Source of the DNA: Actinomycetota bacterium
GTDB taxonomy: Bacteria > Actinomycetota > Acidimicrobiia > IMCC26256 > VFJJ01
Direction: 5' to 3'
Assembly: GCA_009886115.1 (NCBI GenBank)
Contig: VFJJ01000066.1
Span: forward strand, 1 to 46,770
Length of the DNA stretch: 46,770 bases
The position numbers and the translations under genes are program-made. The stretch's first letter is position 1, and each line of letters begins with the position of its first letter. Below the pieces are notes generated by a model, which was not told where the DNA came from, ran no database searches, and was given only the letters and a program-made list of their open reading frames with translations. This document shows positions 22,388-30,966 of this stretch, piece after piece.

Positions 22388-22480
22388 CACGACAACCGGG
22401 GCCCCATCAGGTCCGAGTCTACGAGGCCCGGCCCGAGAGTCGTGCCCGAAGCAGCCCCTGGGCGCCGTAACCTGTCCGCG

Positions 22481-25400
22481 GTGCAATCCTCGTTCCTCAC
22501 ATCGCTGCGCGATCGCGTCCTCGTCTTCGACGGCGCCACGGGCACCAACCTCCAGCTCCGCGACCTCACCGCCGACGACTTCGGCGGGCCATCCCTCGAG
22601 GGCTGCAACGAGATCCTGGTGGCCACCCGGCCCGACGTCATCACCGACCTGCACGACAGCTTCTTCGCGGTCGGCTGCGATGCCGTCGAGACCGACACGT
22701 TCGGCGCGTTCCCCATGGTGCTGGCCGAGTACAACATCCCCGAGCGCGCGTACGAGCTCAACGTCACCGCGGCCCGGATCGCTCGCGAGGTCGCGTCGGG
22801 GTACTCGACACCCGACCGTCCCCGCTGGGTCATCGGCTCGATGGGCCCCGGTACCAAGTTGCCGTCCCTGGGGTTCACGACCTTCGCCGAGTTGCGAGAC
22901 GGCTACGAGCTCCAGACCGAAGGTCTGCTCGCCGGGGGCGCCGACGTGCTCCTCATCGAGACGGTCTTCGACCTCCTCCAGGCCAAGGCAGCCATCGTCG
23001 GCGCGCGCCGAGGCATGGCCAAGGCCGGGCGCCGGGTGCCGATCATGGTGCAGGTCACGTTCGAGACCACGGGCCGGATGCTCGTCGGCACCGAGATCGG
23101 CGCTGCGCTCACCACGCTCGAGGCCATGAAGCCCGACGTGATCGGGATGAACTGCGCCACGGGCCCCCGCGAGATGATCGAGCACCTCCGCTACCTGTCG
23201 CGCCACGCGGGGACGTTCCTCTCGTGTCTGCCCAACGCCGGGCTGCCGTCGGTCGTCGACGGGCACACGCACTACGACCTCACACCCGTTGGCTTGGCCG
23301 ACGCCCACGAGCGGTTCGTCACCGAGTTCGGGCTCAACATCGTCGGCGGCTGTTGCGGCACGACCCCGGCCCATCTCCGGGCCGTCGTCGAGCGAGTCGG
23401 TTCACGACAGCCCGTCATCCGGACGCCCGTCCTCGAGGCGGGTTGCGCTTCGATCTACAGCCACGTGCCGTTCAACCAGGAGCCGTCGTTCATGGTGATC
23501 GGTGAGCGCACGAACGCCAATGGTTCCAAGGCTTTCCGCGACGCGATGCTCGAGGGCGACTGGGACTCCTGCATGCTCGTGGCGTCGAACCAGGTGAAGG
23601 AAGGGGCCCATGTCCTCGACCTGTGCGTCGACTACGTGGGCCGCGACGGAGCCGTCGACATGCACGACCTGACCTCGCGCATGGCCACCCAGGTGCCGCT
23701 GCCCCTGGTCATCGATTCCACCGAGCCGCCCGTCATGGAAGCGGCGCTGCAGCTCATCGGCGGCAAGCCCATCCTCAACTCGGCCAACCTCGAGGAAGGC
23801 GTTGGCGAGGGCAAGCGCTTCGACCGGGTGATGAGCCTGGCGGCCGAGTACGGGGCGGCGGTCATCTGCCTGGCGATCGACGAGGTGGGCCAGGCCCGCA
23901 CGGCCGACTGGAAGTTCGACGTCTGCAAGCGGCTGTACGACCTCGCCACGCAGAAGTACGGCATCGCGCCCACCGACCTGATCTTCGACGCGCTCACCTT
24001 CCCGCTCGGCACCGGTCAGGACGATCTCCGCAACGACGCCGTCGAGACCATCGAGGCCATCCGGCGAATCAAGGCCGAGCTCCCCGGCGCCTGGACCACC
24101 TTGGGTGTCTCGAACGTGAGCTTCGGGTTGAAGCCCGCCATCCGCCACGCGCTCAACAGCGTCTTCCTCCACGAGTGCCAACAAGCGGGCCTCGATTCGG
24201 CCATCGTGCACGCGGCGCGCATCATGCCGCTCAACAAGATCGACCCGCAGGCGCTCGAGGTCTGCCTCGACCTCATCTACGACCGGCGCCGCCCCGACGA
24301 CGGCTACGACCCGCTGCACGCGCTCCTCGGGCTCTTCGAAGGGGTCGAGGCCGCCTCGGTCGTGAAGGAAGATCGCAGCGACTGGCCGATCGAACGTTTG
24401 TTGGAAGCCCGCATCGTCGACGGCGACCGCAACGGGCTCGAAGCCGACATCGAGCGGGCCCTGGCCGAAGGGCGCACGCCGCTGTCGATCATCAACGACG
24501 TGTTGCTCGAGGGGATGAAGACCGTCGGCGAGCTCTTCGGGTCGGGCCAGATGCAGCTGCCGTTCGTGCTCCAGTCGGCCGAGACGATGAAGACGTCGGT
24601 CGCCTACCTCGAGCCCCTCATGGAGAAGGCCGACGCCGGCGGCAAGGGCGTGGTCGTGCTGGGCACGGTGAAGGGCGACGTGCACGACATCGGCAAGAAC
24701 CTCGTCGACATCATCCTCACCAACAACGGCTACGAGGTCCACAACATCGGGATCAAGGTGCCCGTCACCGAGTTCATCGACAAGGCGCGCGAGGTGAACG
24801 CCGACGCCATCGGCATGAGCGGCCTGCTCGTCAAGAGCACGCTGATCATGCGCGAGAACCTGCAGGAGTTCAACGAGCTGGGCCTGTCGGACTGGCCCGT
24901 CATGCTCGGCGGCGCCGCGCTCACCCGCACCTATGTCGAGCGCGACCTGCGCGGCGTCTACGAGGGACGGGTGTTCTACGGACGCGATGCCTTCGAGGGC
25001 CTGCGCACCATGGACACGCTCATGGCGGGCAAGCGCTCGGGCACGCTCGATCCGGCGTTCGGGCGTGAGATCACCGAGCGGGTGCTCCCGGCATCGGCAT
25101 CGAGCCGCGCTGCGGCTGCCGAAGCCGCGGGCGAGATTCCCGGGCTCGACGACACGACACGATCCGACGTCGCGGTCGACAACCCGGTCTTCGTCCCTCC
25201 GTTCCTCGGAGCCAGGCACGCCAAGGGAATTCCGCTCGCCGAGATCGCCGAGTACGTGAACGAGACGGCACTGTTCCGCAACCAGTGGCAGTTCCGACCC
25301 GAGGACGGCGAGACCGACGTCGAGTTCAAGACCCGTATCCGGCCCATCCTGCGCCAGAAGCTGGCCGAGGCCGCGCGCGGCGGATGGCTCGTGCCCGCCG

Positions 25401-25975
25401 TCGCGTACGGGTACTTCGCCGTGAACAGCGAGGGCAACGACCTCGTGGTGTGGAAGGACGACGACCGCACGTCCGAGTGGCTGCGCTTCAACTTCCCGCG
25501 CCAGCGCACCGACCGCCGTCTGTGCATCGCCGACTTCTTCCGCCCGGCCGACTCGGGCCAGGCCGACTACGCCGCGTTCCACGTCTGCACCATGGGCTCC
25601 GCGGTCTCCGAGCACGAGCGTTCGCTCTTTGCCGAGAACCGCTACCAGGAGTACGTGCTGACCCACGGCATCGGCGTCGAGATGACCGAAGCCCTGGCCG
25701 AGCACTGGCACCACCGCATCCGCGAGGAGTGGGGTTTCGTGGCCGACGACGGTCCGTCGCTCGCGGGCCTGTTCCGCCAGCAGTACCGGGGTGGGCGCTA
25801 CTCGTGGGGCTACCCGGCCTGCCCCGATCTCGAGGATCAGGCCAAGCTCATCGACCTCCTCGGCGTCGAGACCATCGGTGTCACGCTCACCGAGGAGTTC
25901 CACCTCGAGCCCGAGCAATCGACCTCGGCGATCATCTGCCACCACCCCGACGCCAAGTACTTCATCGCGAGGTAG
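22481..25975 (+). CDS. metH: Cobalamin-dependent methionine synthase
   Basis: DGATGT, GMNCATGP, GGCCGT, IGERTN, KGDVHDIGKN (DxHxxG), SGLL and RYSWGYPACP. TAACCT lies 7 nt before GTG 22481. Confidence 0.98.
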   Translation: MQSSFLTSLRDRVLVFDGATGTNLQLRDLTADDFGGPSLEGCNEILVATRPDVITDLHDSFFAVGCDAVETDTFGAFPMVLAEYNIPERAYELNVTAARIAREVASGYSTPDRPRWVIGSMGPGTKLPSLGFTTFAELRDGYELQTEGLLAGGADVLLIETVFDLLQAKAAIVGARRGMAKAGRRVPIMVQVTFETTGRMLVGTEIGAALTTLEAMKPDVIGMNCATGPREMIEHLRYLSRHAGTFLSCLPNAGLPSVVDGHTHYDLTPVGLADAHERFVTEFGLNIVGGCCGTTPAHLRAVVERVGSRQPVIRTPVLEAGCASIYSHVPFNQEPSFMVIGERTNANGSKAFRDAMLEGDWDSCMLVASNQVKEGAHVLDLCVDYVGRDGAVDMHDLTSRMATQVPLPLVIDSTEPPVMEAALQLIGGKPILNSANLEEGVGEGKRFDRVMSLAAEYGAAVICLAIDEVGQARTADWKFDVCKRLYDLATQKYGIAPTDLIFDALTFPLGTGQDDLRNDAVETIEAIRRIKAELPGAWTTLGVSNVSFGLKPAIRHALNSVFLHECQQAGLDSAIVHAARIMPLNKIDPQALEVCLDLIYDRRRPDDGYDPLHALLGLFEGVEAASVVKEDRSDWPIERLLEARIVDGDRNGLEADIERALAEGRTPLSIINDVLLEGMKTVGELFGSGQMQLPFVLQSAETMKTSVAYLEPLMEKADAGGKGVVVLGTVKGDVHDIGKNLVDIILTNNGYEVHNIGIKVPVTEFIDKAREVNADAIGMSGLLVKSTLIMRENLQEFNELGLSDWPVMLGGAALTRTYVERDLRGVYEGRVFYGRDAFEGLRTMDTLMAGKRSGTLDPAFGREITERVLPASASSRAAAAEAAGEIPGLDDTTRSDVAVDNPVFVPPFLGARHAKGIPLAEIAEYVNETALFRNQWQFRPEDGETDVEFKTRIRPILRQKLAEAARGGWLVPAVAYGYFAVNSEGNDLVVWKDDDRTSEWLRFNFPRQRTDRRLCIADFFRPADSGQADYAAFHVCTMGSAVSEHERSLFAENRYQEYVLTHGIGVEMTEALAEHWHHRIREEWGFVADDGPSLAGLFRQQYRGGRYSWGYPACPDLEDQAKLIDLLGVETIGVTLTEEFHLEPEQSTSAIICHHPDAKYFIAR

Positions 25976-26011
25976 CAACTCCAGACCCGAGCGCGCGGCC
26001 GACCGTGCCGG

Positions 26012-26284
26012 TCAGAGGCCGGCCCGACGCGCAACCGCGGCTCGGTCGATGACGTGGATGGCGCCGCGCTCGAGGGCGAGCAGGCCGTCACGCACACCGG
26101 CCTGCAGCACCCGGCTGGCCGTCTCACGAATGGTGCCGGCCCCTTGGGCCAGCTCGACCTGCGACATGCGGATGGGTTGGTCGCCATACGCCGCAGCCAA
26201 TCGGGCCAGGCGCCGCCACACCCGGTGCTCTGGGCGATGGTGGTGACGTGCACGTCGAGGCGACCCGACTGCACGATTACACAC
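26012..26284 (-). pseudogene. Crp/Fnr-type HTH fragment lacking the cNMP-binding domain
   Basis: HRVWRRLARLA...MSQVELAQGAGTIRETASRVL...GLLALERGAIHVID matches the Crp HTH and wing pattern. The upstream residues look non-coding and the divergent gene leaves no room for a sensor domain. Confidence 0.72.
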
Positions 26285-26348
26285 GATTCGTTTATGGTTG
26301 CCTCGAGTTGCCCACCAGCAGCCACGACCAACAACGAGGGGAAATCAC

Positions 26349-26975
26349 ATGTTGCTCTTCTCACGTATCGTCACCTTGAACGGTGGCCCTCGACGAATCA
26401 TGCCATGGGTCGGCGAGATCACGGCCTACGTCAACGCCAACAGCTCGCTGGAGGTGACCGCCTGGGCGGGAACGTTCGGGCATCCGATCGGCACCGTGGC
26501 GTGGAGCGCCATCGTCGACTCCGAAGCCTCCCTGTCGGCCGCGACGGGAGCACTGCTCGGTCAGGGCGCGTACCTCGACCTGGTCGAGGGCGCCGCTGAC
26601 ATGATCACGGTTCCGGGCCATGACCTCCTGCGCCAGATCGTCCACGGCGAGCCCTCTGATCCGCCGCCGCTCGGCGCCGTGGCGAGGATCGTCACCGCAA
26701 CCGCCGTGCTCTCGCGATTCGGCGACGCGATCACCTGGGGGCTCGACATGGCCCAGTACATGGAGAAGCTCAACGCGGTCCCCACCGCCGTGCTGACCGA
26801 CGTGTTCGGCACCATGGGCGCGATCACCTTCATCACCATCGCCACCGACTCGGCGACCTCCGACACCCAGCGCGAGCGTCGCGGCGACGACGGCTACATG
26901 AGCCGCCTCGCCGTCACGAAGGACCTGTTCCTCGAAGGCTCGGTTCAGGTCCAACAAGCAACCCGCGTCGCCTGA
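26349..26975 (+). CDS. Hypothetical protein, probably two tandem NIPSNAP-like/dimeric alpha-beta barrel repeats
   Basis: GAGGG before ATG 26349. Two similar halves (FGHPIGTVAW / FGTMGAITF; GAYLDLV / DGYMSRL). Confidence 0.8.
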   Translation: MLLFSRIVTLNGGPRRIMPWVGEITAYVNANSSLEVTAWAGTFGHPIGTVAWSAIVDSEASLSAATGALLGQGAYLDLVEGAADMITVPGHDLLRQIVHGEPSDPPPLGAVARIVTATAVLSRFGDAITWGLDMAQYMEKLNAVPTAVLTDVFGTMGAITFITIATDSATSDTQRERRGDDGYMSRLAVTKDLFLEGSVQVQQATRVA

Positions 26976-27033
26976 GACTGAGCCTGAGCTGAGCCGATCG
27001 CAGCATCTCAACCCTCGTAAATGGAGCGTGGAC

Positions 27034-27297
27034 ATGGCAACAGTTTTGATCGTGCACGAGGTGGACGATGTAGAGCACTGGGTGCAATCGCCCAAGCGCA
27101 GCGAGGTCTTCGGGCCGATGGGTGTCACGGTGCAGACGTTTGTCAACTCGGCCGGGGCGAATCGGGTTGGGCTGATCGCGGACATCCCCGATATGGACGC
27201 ATTCAACGCGATGCTGGAGTCGCCGGTGGGTGTGGCGGCCATGCAGTTCGATGGCGTTCGTCCAGAGACCATCCAGATCTATGTCCGGTCGGCCTGA
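27034..27297 (+). CDS. Small hypothetical protein (dimeric alpha-beta barrel-like)
   Basis: GGAG upstream; MATVLIVHEVDDVEHW...AAMQFDGV pattern; 87 aa. Confidence 0.8.
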   Translation: MATVLIVHEVDDVEHWVQSPKRSEVFGPMGVTVQTFVNSAGANRVGLIADIPDMDAFNAMLESPVGVAAMQFDGVRPETIQIYVRSA

Positions 27298-27311
27298 GTA
27301 GGGTCGAGGCC

Positions 27312-27401
27312 ACGACGGGCTACATGAACCGCCTCGCCGCCTCGGCTGGGCTCTTCCTCGAGGGGACGCTCAGGTCCACGAGGCGGCCCACCCTCGCCTG
27401 A
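27312..27401 (+). pseudogene. Diverged duplicate of the 3' end of the 26349..26975 gene
   Basis: ACGACGGGCTACATGAACCGCCTCGCC...TTCCTCGAGGG...CAGGTCCA...TCGCCTGA parallels 26887-26975 (GYMNRLA...LFLEG versus GYMSRLA...LFLEG). Confidence 0.8.
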
Positions 27402-27489
27402 ACCTGAGCGTGGCCCGAGCCTCGGTCTGATACTTCCCACGGTCCGCCGCCTGAGCGGGGCGGTAGTAACACGGTGCTACCATCCCGGC

Positions 27490-27735
27490 ATGGCTGTGAA
27501 GAAGCTGTCGGTGTCGTTGGAGGTCTCAGTTGCCACGGCCGCCATGCGAGCGGCCGAGCGTCGGGGTGTGAGCGTGTCGGCGTGGCTGAATGCGGCCGCA
27601 GAGCGGGCACTCGTCGTGGAGGAAGGGCTCGCCGCGGTGCGGGAGTGGGAGGCGGAGCACGGTGCACTCACCGTAGGCGAGTTGGCCTGGGCCGACGCGG
27701 TGCTCGATGCGTTCGGCGATCGATTGGCGTCGTGA
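27490..27735 (+). CDS. Putative antitoxin (ribbon-helix-helix-like)
   Basis: KKLSVSL...AAERRGVSVSAWLNAAA N-terminus and acidic tail (WEAEHGALT). Lies 3 bp upstream of the PIN gene, with an imperfect inverted repeat GGTAGTA/TGCTACC at 27462-27481. Confidence 0.85.
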   Translation: MAVKKLSVSLEVSVATAAMRAAERRGVSVSAWLNAAAERALVVEEGLAAVREWEAEHGALTVGELAWADAVLDAFGDRLAS

Positions 27736-27738
27736 CCG

Positions 27739-28119
27739 GTGGCGGGCCTGACGTATGACGCGGGTGCGCTCATCGCCGCGGAGCGCAACGACCGTCGGTT
27801 GTGGGCGCTGCATCGGCGGGCGCTCGATCGGGCGATCGTGCCGACGGTACCTGCCGGGGTTCTTGGGCAAGCCTGGCGGGGTGGTCCCCAGCCGCAGATT
27901 TCGCGTGTGCTCGCGGGTTGTCGGATCGAGGCTCTCGACGAGTCCCGGGCCCGTTCTGCCGGCGCAGCCTGCGCTGCCGCGGGAACCTCCGATGTGGTCG
28001 ACGCGTCCGTCGTCGTCGGTGCTGCGGCGCGATCGGATCTCGTGATCACCAGCGACGAAATCGACCTCCGCAGGCTCGGCGACGCGCTCGGAGTCGACGT
28101 CCGTCTCCAACCCATCTGA
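27739..28119 (+). CDS. PIN-domain (VapC-like) toxin
   Basis: TYDAGALIA, DVVDASVV and VITSDEID acidic PIN motifs; 126 aa. Confidence 0.88.
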   Translation: MAGLTYDAGALIAAERNDRRLWALHRRALDRAIVPTVPAGVLGQAWRGGPQPQISRVLAGCRIEALDESRARSAGAACAAAGTSDVVDASVVVGAAARSDLVITSDEIDLRRLGDALGVDVRLQPI

Positions 28120-28152
28120 GATCGACGAGCTGAGCTCCGGGGGGAGATCGAG

Positions 28153-28344
28153 GTGGATCAGCGGCTGCGTGCCCGGCTCGCGTTGCACGGGTTGGCGATC
28201 GTGGTGGCGAGCCTGGTGATCGCCATCCCGTTCGCGATGGTCTTCACCAAGGGCGACGACGAGCCCAGTAGGGTTCTGGCAGCTCATCTCCATGAGAGAT
28301 CGTCGTCGGGAGGGTGCGCTTGGGTACCGACAACGATGAGGTAG
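28153..28344 (+). CDS. Possible small single-TM protein or gene remnant
   Basis: GGGGAG upstream and one hydrophobic stretch (LAIVVASLVIAIPFAMVF). The 3' end overlaps the next gene. Confidence 0.3.
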   Translation: MDQRLRARLALHGLAIVVASLVIAIPFAMVFTKGDDEPSRVLAAHLHERSSSGGCAWVPTTMR

Positions 28345-29231
28345 TCGGCGGATCGGCGCCGCTTCGCCTCGCCGTGATCATCGCCGTGCGCAACGGCGGT
28401 TGGTGCATCGGTGAGCAGCTCGACGCTCTGGCTGCACAGAGCGTCGACGCCGACCTCGTCGAGTCGTGGGAGGTGATCGTGGCCGACAACGGCTCCACAG
28501 ACGACACCCGTCGCGTGGTCGAGGGCCGGATGGCCTCGTTCCCCGAGCTCCGTCTGATCGACGCATCGGGCCAGCGCGGGGCGTCGTTCGCCCGCAACCG
28601 CGCCGTCGACGCCGCCACCGGTTCGCACGTGGCGATCGTCGATGCCGATGATGTCGTCGGCGAAGGCTGGATCAACGGCATGGCCCGGGAACTGGGCGTC
28701 CACCCTGTGGTGGCGGGCTGCCTCGAGTACTCCAGGCTCAACGCGCGAGTCGACGCCACCCTGAAGGCGACGACGGCCCTGTTCGCGAGTGAGGGTTTCC
28801 TCCCGTTTGCCGGCAGCGGGAACCTGGCGATGGACATCGGTATCTACCGTTCGCTCGGCGGCTTCGACGAGCGGTTCCGCAACGCCGGCAACGACGTCGA
28901 CCTCTCGTGGCGCATCCAGCTCACAGGCCACGAGATCTGGTTCGCTCCCGACGTGATCGTGCACGTGCGCGAACGATCGTCACTCTGGTCGTCGTTTCGG
29001 CAGCACCGCATGTACGGCACGCAGGATCCCAGGCTGTACCGGATGTACCGCCAGCACGGAATGCCCAGAGCAACGCTCAAAGTGTCCGTGGCGCGGCTCG
29101 TCATGATGTTCGTGACGGCCCCCCGGGCGTTGAGGAGCCCATCGCATCGCCTGGCCTGGGTAAGACAGTTCGGCAACCGCGTCGGCTGCGTGATCGGCAG
29201 CGTCAGATACCGGACCTGGTACGTCAAGTGA
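28314..29231 (+). CDS. Glycosyltransferase family 2
   Basis: VIIAVRNG, VADNGSTD, ARN, DADD, GGFDE and DVDLSWR. Start is uncertain. Confidence 0.92.
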   Translation: MRLGTDNDEVVGGSAPLRLAVIIAVRNGGWCIGEQLDALAAQSVDADLVESWEVIVADNGSTDDTRRVVEGRMASFPELRLIDASGQRGASFARNRAVDAATGSHVAIVDADDVVGEGWINGMARELGVHPVVAGCLEYSRLNARVDATLKATTALFASEGFLPFAGSGNLAMDIGIYRSLGGFDERFRNAGNDVDLSWRIQLTGHEIWFAPDVIVHVRERSSLWSSFRQHRMYGTQDPRLYRMYRQHGMPRATLKVSVARLVMMFVTAPRALRSPSHRLAWVRQFGNRVGCVIGSVRYRTWYVK

Positions 29232-29342
29232 CCACCCGGACGCCTGAACCCGGGGCGATCCCCCTCTCAGCGGCACCGAGCGTCGCCCGGATGTGCGCCT
29301 GGCCTGGTCCAGGGTTCGCGCCATGCCCGTTATGCTGATTCG

Positions 29343-30095
29343 ATGCCTCAGCCGTCGCGCTCCTTCACCGCACTGGCGCATGGTGTTTCCCGCCGAGCCG
29401 CTCGCTACAGCGGGATCTCGGCGGTGGAGCGCCGCGTGCTCGGGTCGATCATGCGGGTCACGGATTCCCCGTCGGTGAGCCTGACCTTCGACGATGGGCC
29501 GCACCCCGACATCACCCCGGCTGTACTCGAGATCCTCGCCCGGCATGGTGCTCGAGCCACGTTCTTCGTCCTGACCGAACCCGCTGCTCGGCACCGGTCG
29601 CTCCTCGCCGAGACCGTCGCCGCGGGGCATGAGATCGCGCTGCACGGGGCGAGCCATGCCCGCCTCACCGGTTCGAGCGATGTCGTGCGGCGGGAGGTCG
29701 TCGACGGCAAGGCCGAACTCGAGGATCTCCTCGGATCGTCGGTGCGCTGGTTCAGACCGTCTTTCGGCGAGCAGACCAAGGCCAGCTTCGCACTCGCCCG
29801 TCGCGCCGGGCTCCAGGTGGTGCTGTGGAGCGTCGACACCAAGGACTACCTCGACGGCGACGTCGACGAGCGCCGGGAACGGCTCCAGGGCGGTTTCACG
29901 CCGGGCGCGATCGTCCTGGCCCACGACGTGCCCACCGGGGGTCACGAGCGGAGCGGCCCCGACGAGGCCAAGCTCCGCTACCTCGAGTGGGTGCTGGACG
30001 CGATCGGGGAGGTCACCTCGACGATCGTCACCGTCACCGACCTGGTGAGCGCCGGACATCCGAAGCGCTCGACCCACTTCCACCGCCCGCGATGA
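29343..30095 (+). CDS. Polysaccharide deacetylase (CE4/NodB)
   Basis: LTFDDGP, ATFF, HGASH, FRPSFG, WSVD and IVLAHD. Confidence 0.92.
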   Translation: MPQPSRSFTALAHGVSRRAARYSGISAVERRVLGSIMRVTDSPSVSLTFDDGPHPDITPAVLEILARHGARATFFVLTEPAARHRSLLAETVAAGHEIALHGASHARLTGSSDVVRREVVDGKAELEDLLGSSVRWFRPSFGEQTKASFALARRAGLQVVLWSVDTKDYLDGDVDERRERLQGGFTPGAIVLAHDVPTGGHERSGPDEAKLRYLEWVLDAIGEVTSTIVTVTDLVSAGHPKRSTHFHRPR

Positions 30096-30105
30096 TCGGC
30101 GCAGC

Positions 30106-30966
30106 GTGATCACCGTCGTCATTCCGGTACGCAACGGCGCCGAGACGATCGGGGAGCAACTCGTCTCGCTGGCTGCGCAGGAGCATGCCGGCGAGTGGGA
30201 GGTGGTCGTGGCCGACAACGGCTCGACCGACGCGACGCGCAGCGTCGTCGAGCAGTATCGCGACCAACTCCCGGCGCTCCAGCTCGTCGACGCCAGCCGG
30301 CGCCGGGGCCCGGCCCACGCCCGGAACACGGGCGCGGCAGCAGCAGGTGGCGAGATCGTCGCCTTCGTCGACGCCGACGACCGGGTCGAGCCCGGCTGGC
30401 TCGCGGCGATGCAACGGGCAATGGCCGACGAGTCGGTCGGCGCCGTCGGCGGCGCCTTGATCCGGGAGATCGCGGGGAATCCCGTGGGCACCGAAGGTCG
30501 GGCGCTCGGCGACGACCTCGGACGGTGGAGCGGCTTCCTGCCGTACGCGGGGAGCGGGAACCTCGCCGTGAGGCGATCGTTGTTCGAGGAGCTCCACGGG
30601 TTCGACGAGGACTACCTGGCCGACGAGGACGTCGACTTCTCGTGGCGACTCCAGCTCGCCGGCCATCGCCTGGTGTTCGCGCCCGACGCCGTGCTCACCT
30701 ACAAGGAGCGCTCCGACTTCAGGGGCTTGTACCGCCAGTACTACCGGTATGCCCATGAGCATCCCCGCCTTTACCGGCGATTCCGCGGCGACGGCATGAC
30801 CCGTCACGGTCCGAAGCAGGTGCTGAAGAACTGGGCCTCCATCTGCTGGAGGTTCGCTCCGTCGATGACCTCGTACGAGAGCCGACGGCGCTGGGTCCGC
30901 CGCGTCGCCAACGCAACGGGAAGCCTGGCCGGCAGCGTCAAGCACAGAACCTGGTATCTCGATTGA
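30106..30966 (+). CDS. Glycosyltransferase family 2 (paralogue of 28314..29231)
   Basis: VVIPVRNG, VADNGSTD, ARNTG, DADD, GFDE and EDVDFSWR. Confidence 0.94.
   Translation: MITVVIPVRNGAETIGEQLVSLAAQEHAGEWEVVVADNGSTDATRSVVEQYRDQLPALQLVDASRRRGPAHARNTGAAAAGGEIVAFVDADDRVEPGWLAAMQRAMADESVGAVGGALIREIAGNPVGTEGRALGDDLGRWSGFLPYAGSGNLAVRRSLFEELHGFDEDYLADEDVDFSWRLQLAGHRLVFAPDAVLTYKERSDFRGLYRQYYRYAHEHPRLYRRFRGDGMTRHGPKQVLKNWASICWRFAPSMTSYESRRRWVRRVANATGSLAGSVKHRTWYLD

Noticed and set aside
23402..25978. 858-aa minus-strand ORF, and similar long antisense ORFs at 1911..3815 and 20111..21886
   Set aside because: They mirror metH, ligA and pepA and show no independent coding signal.
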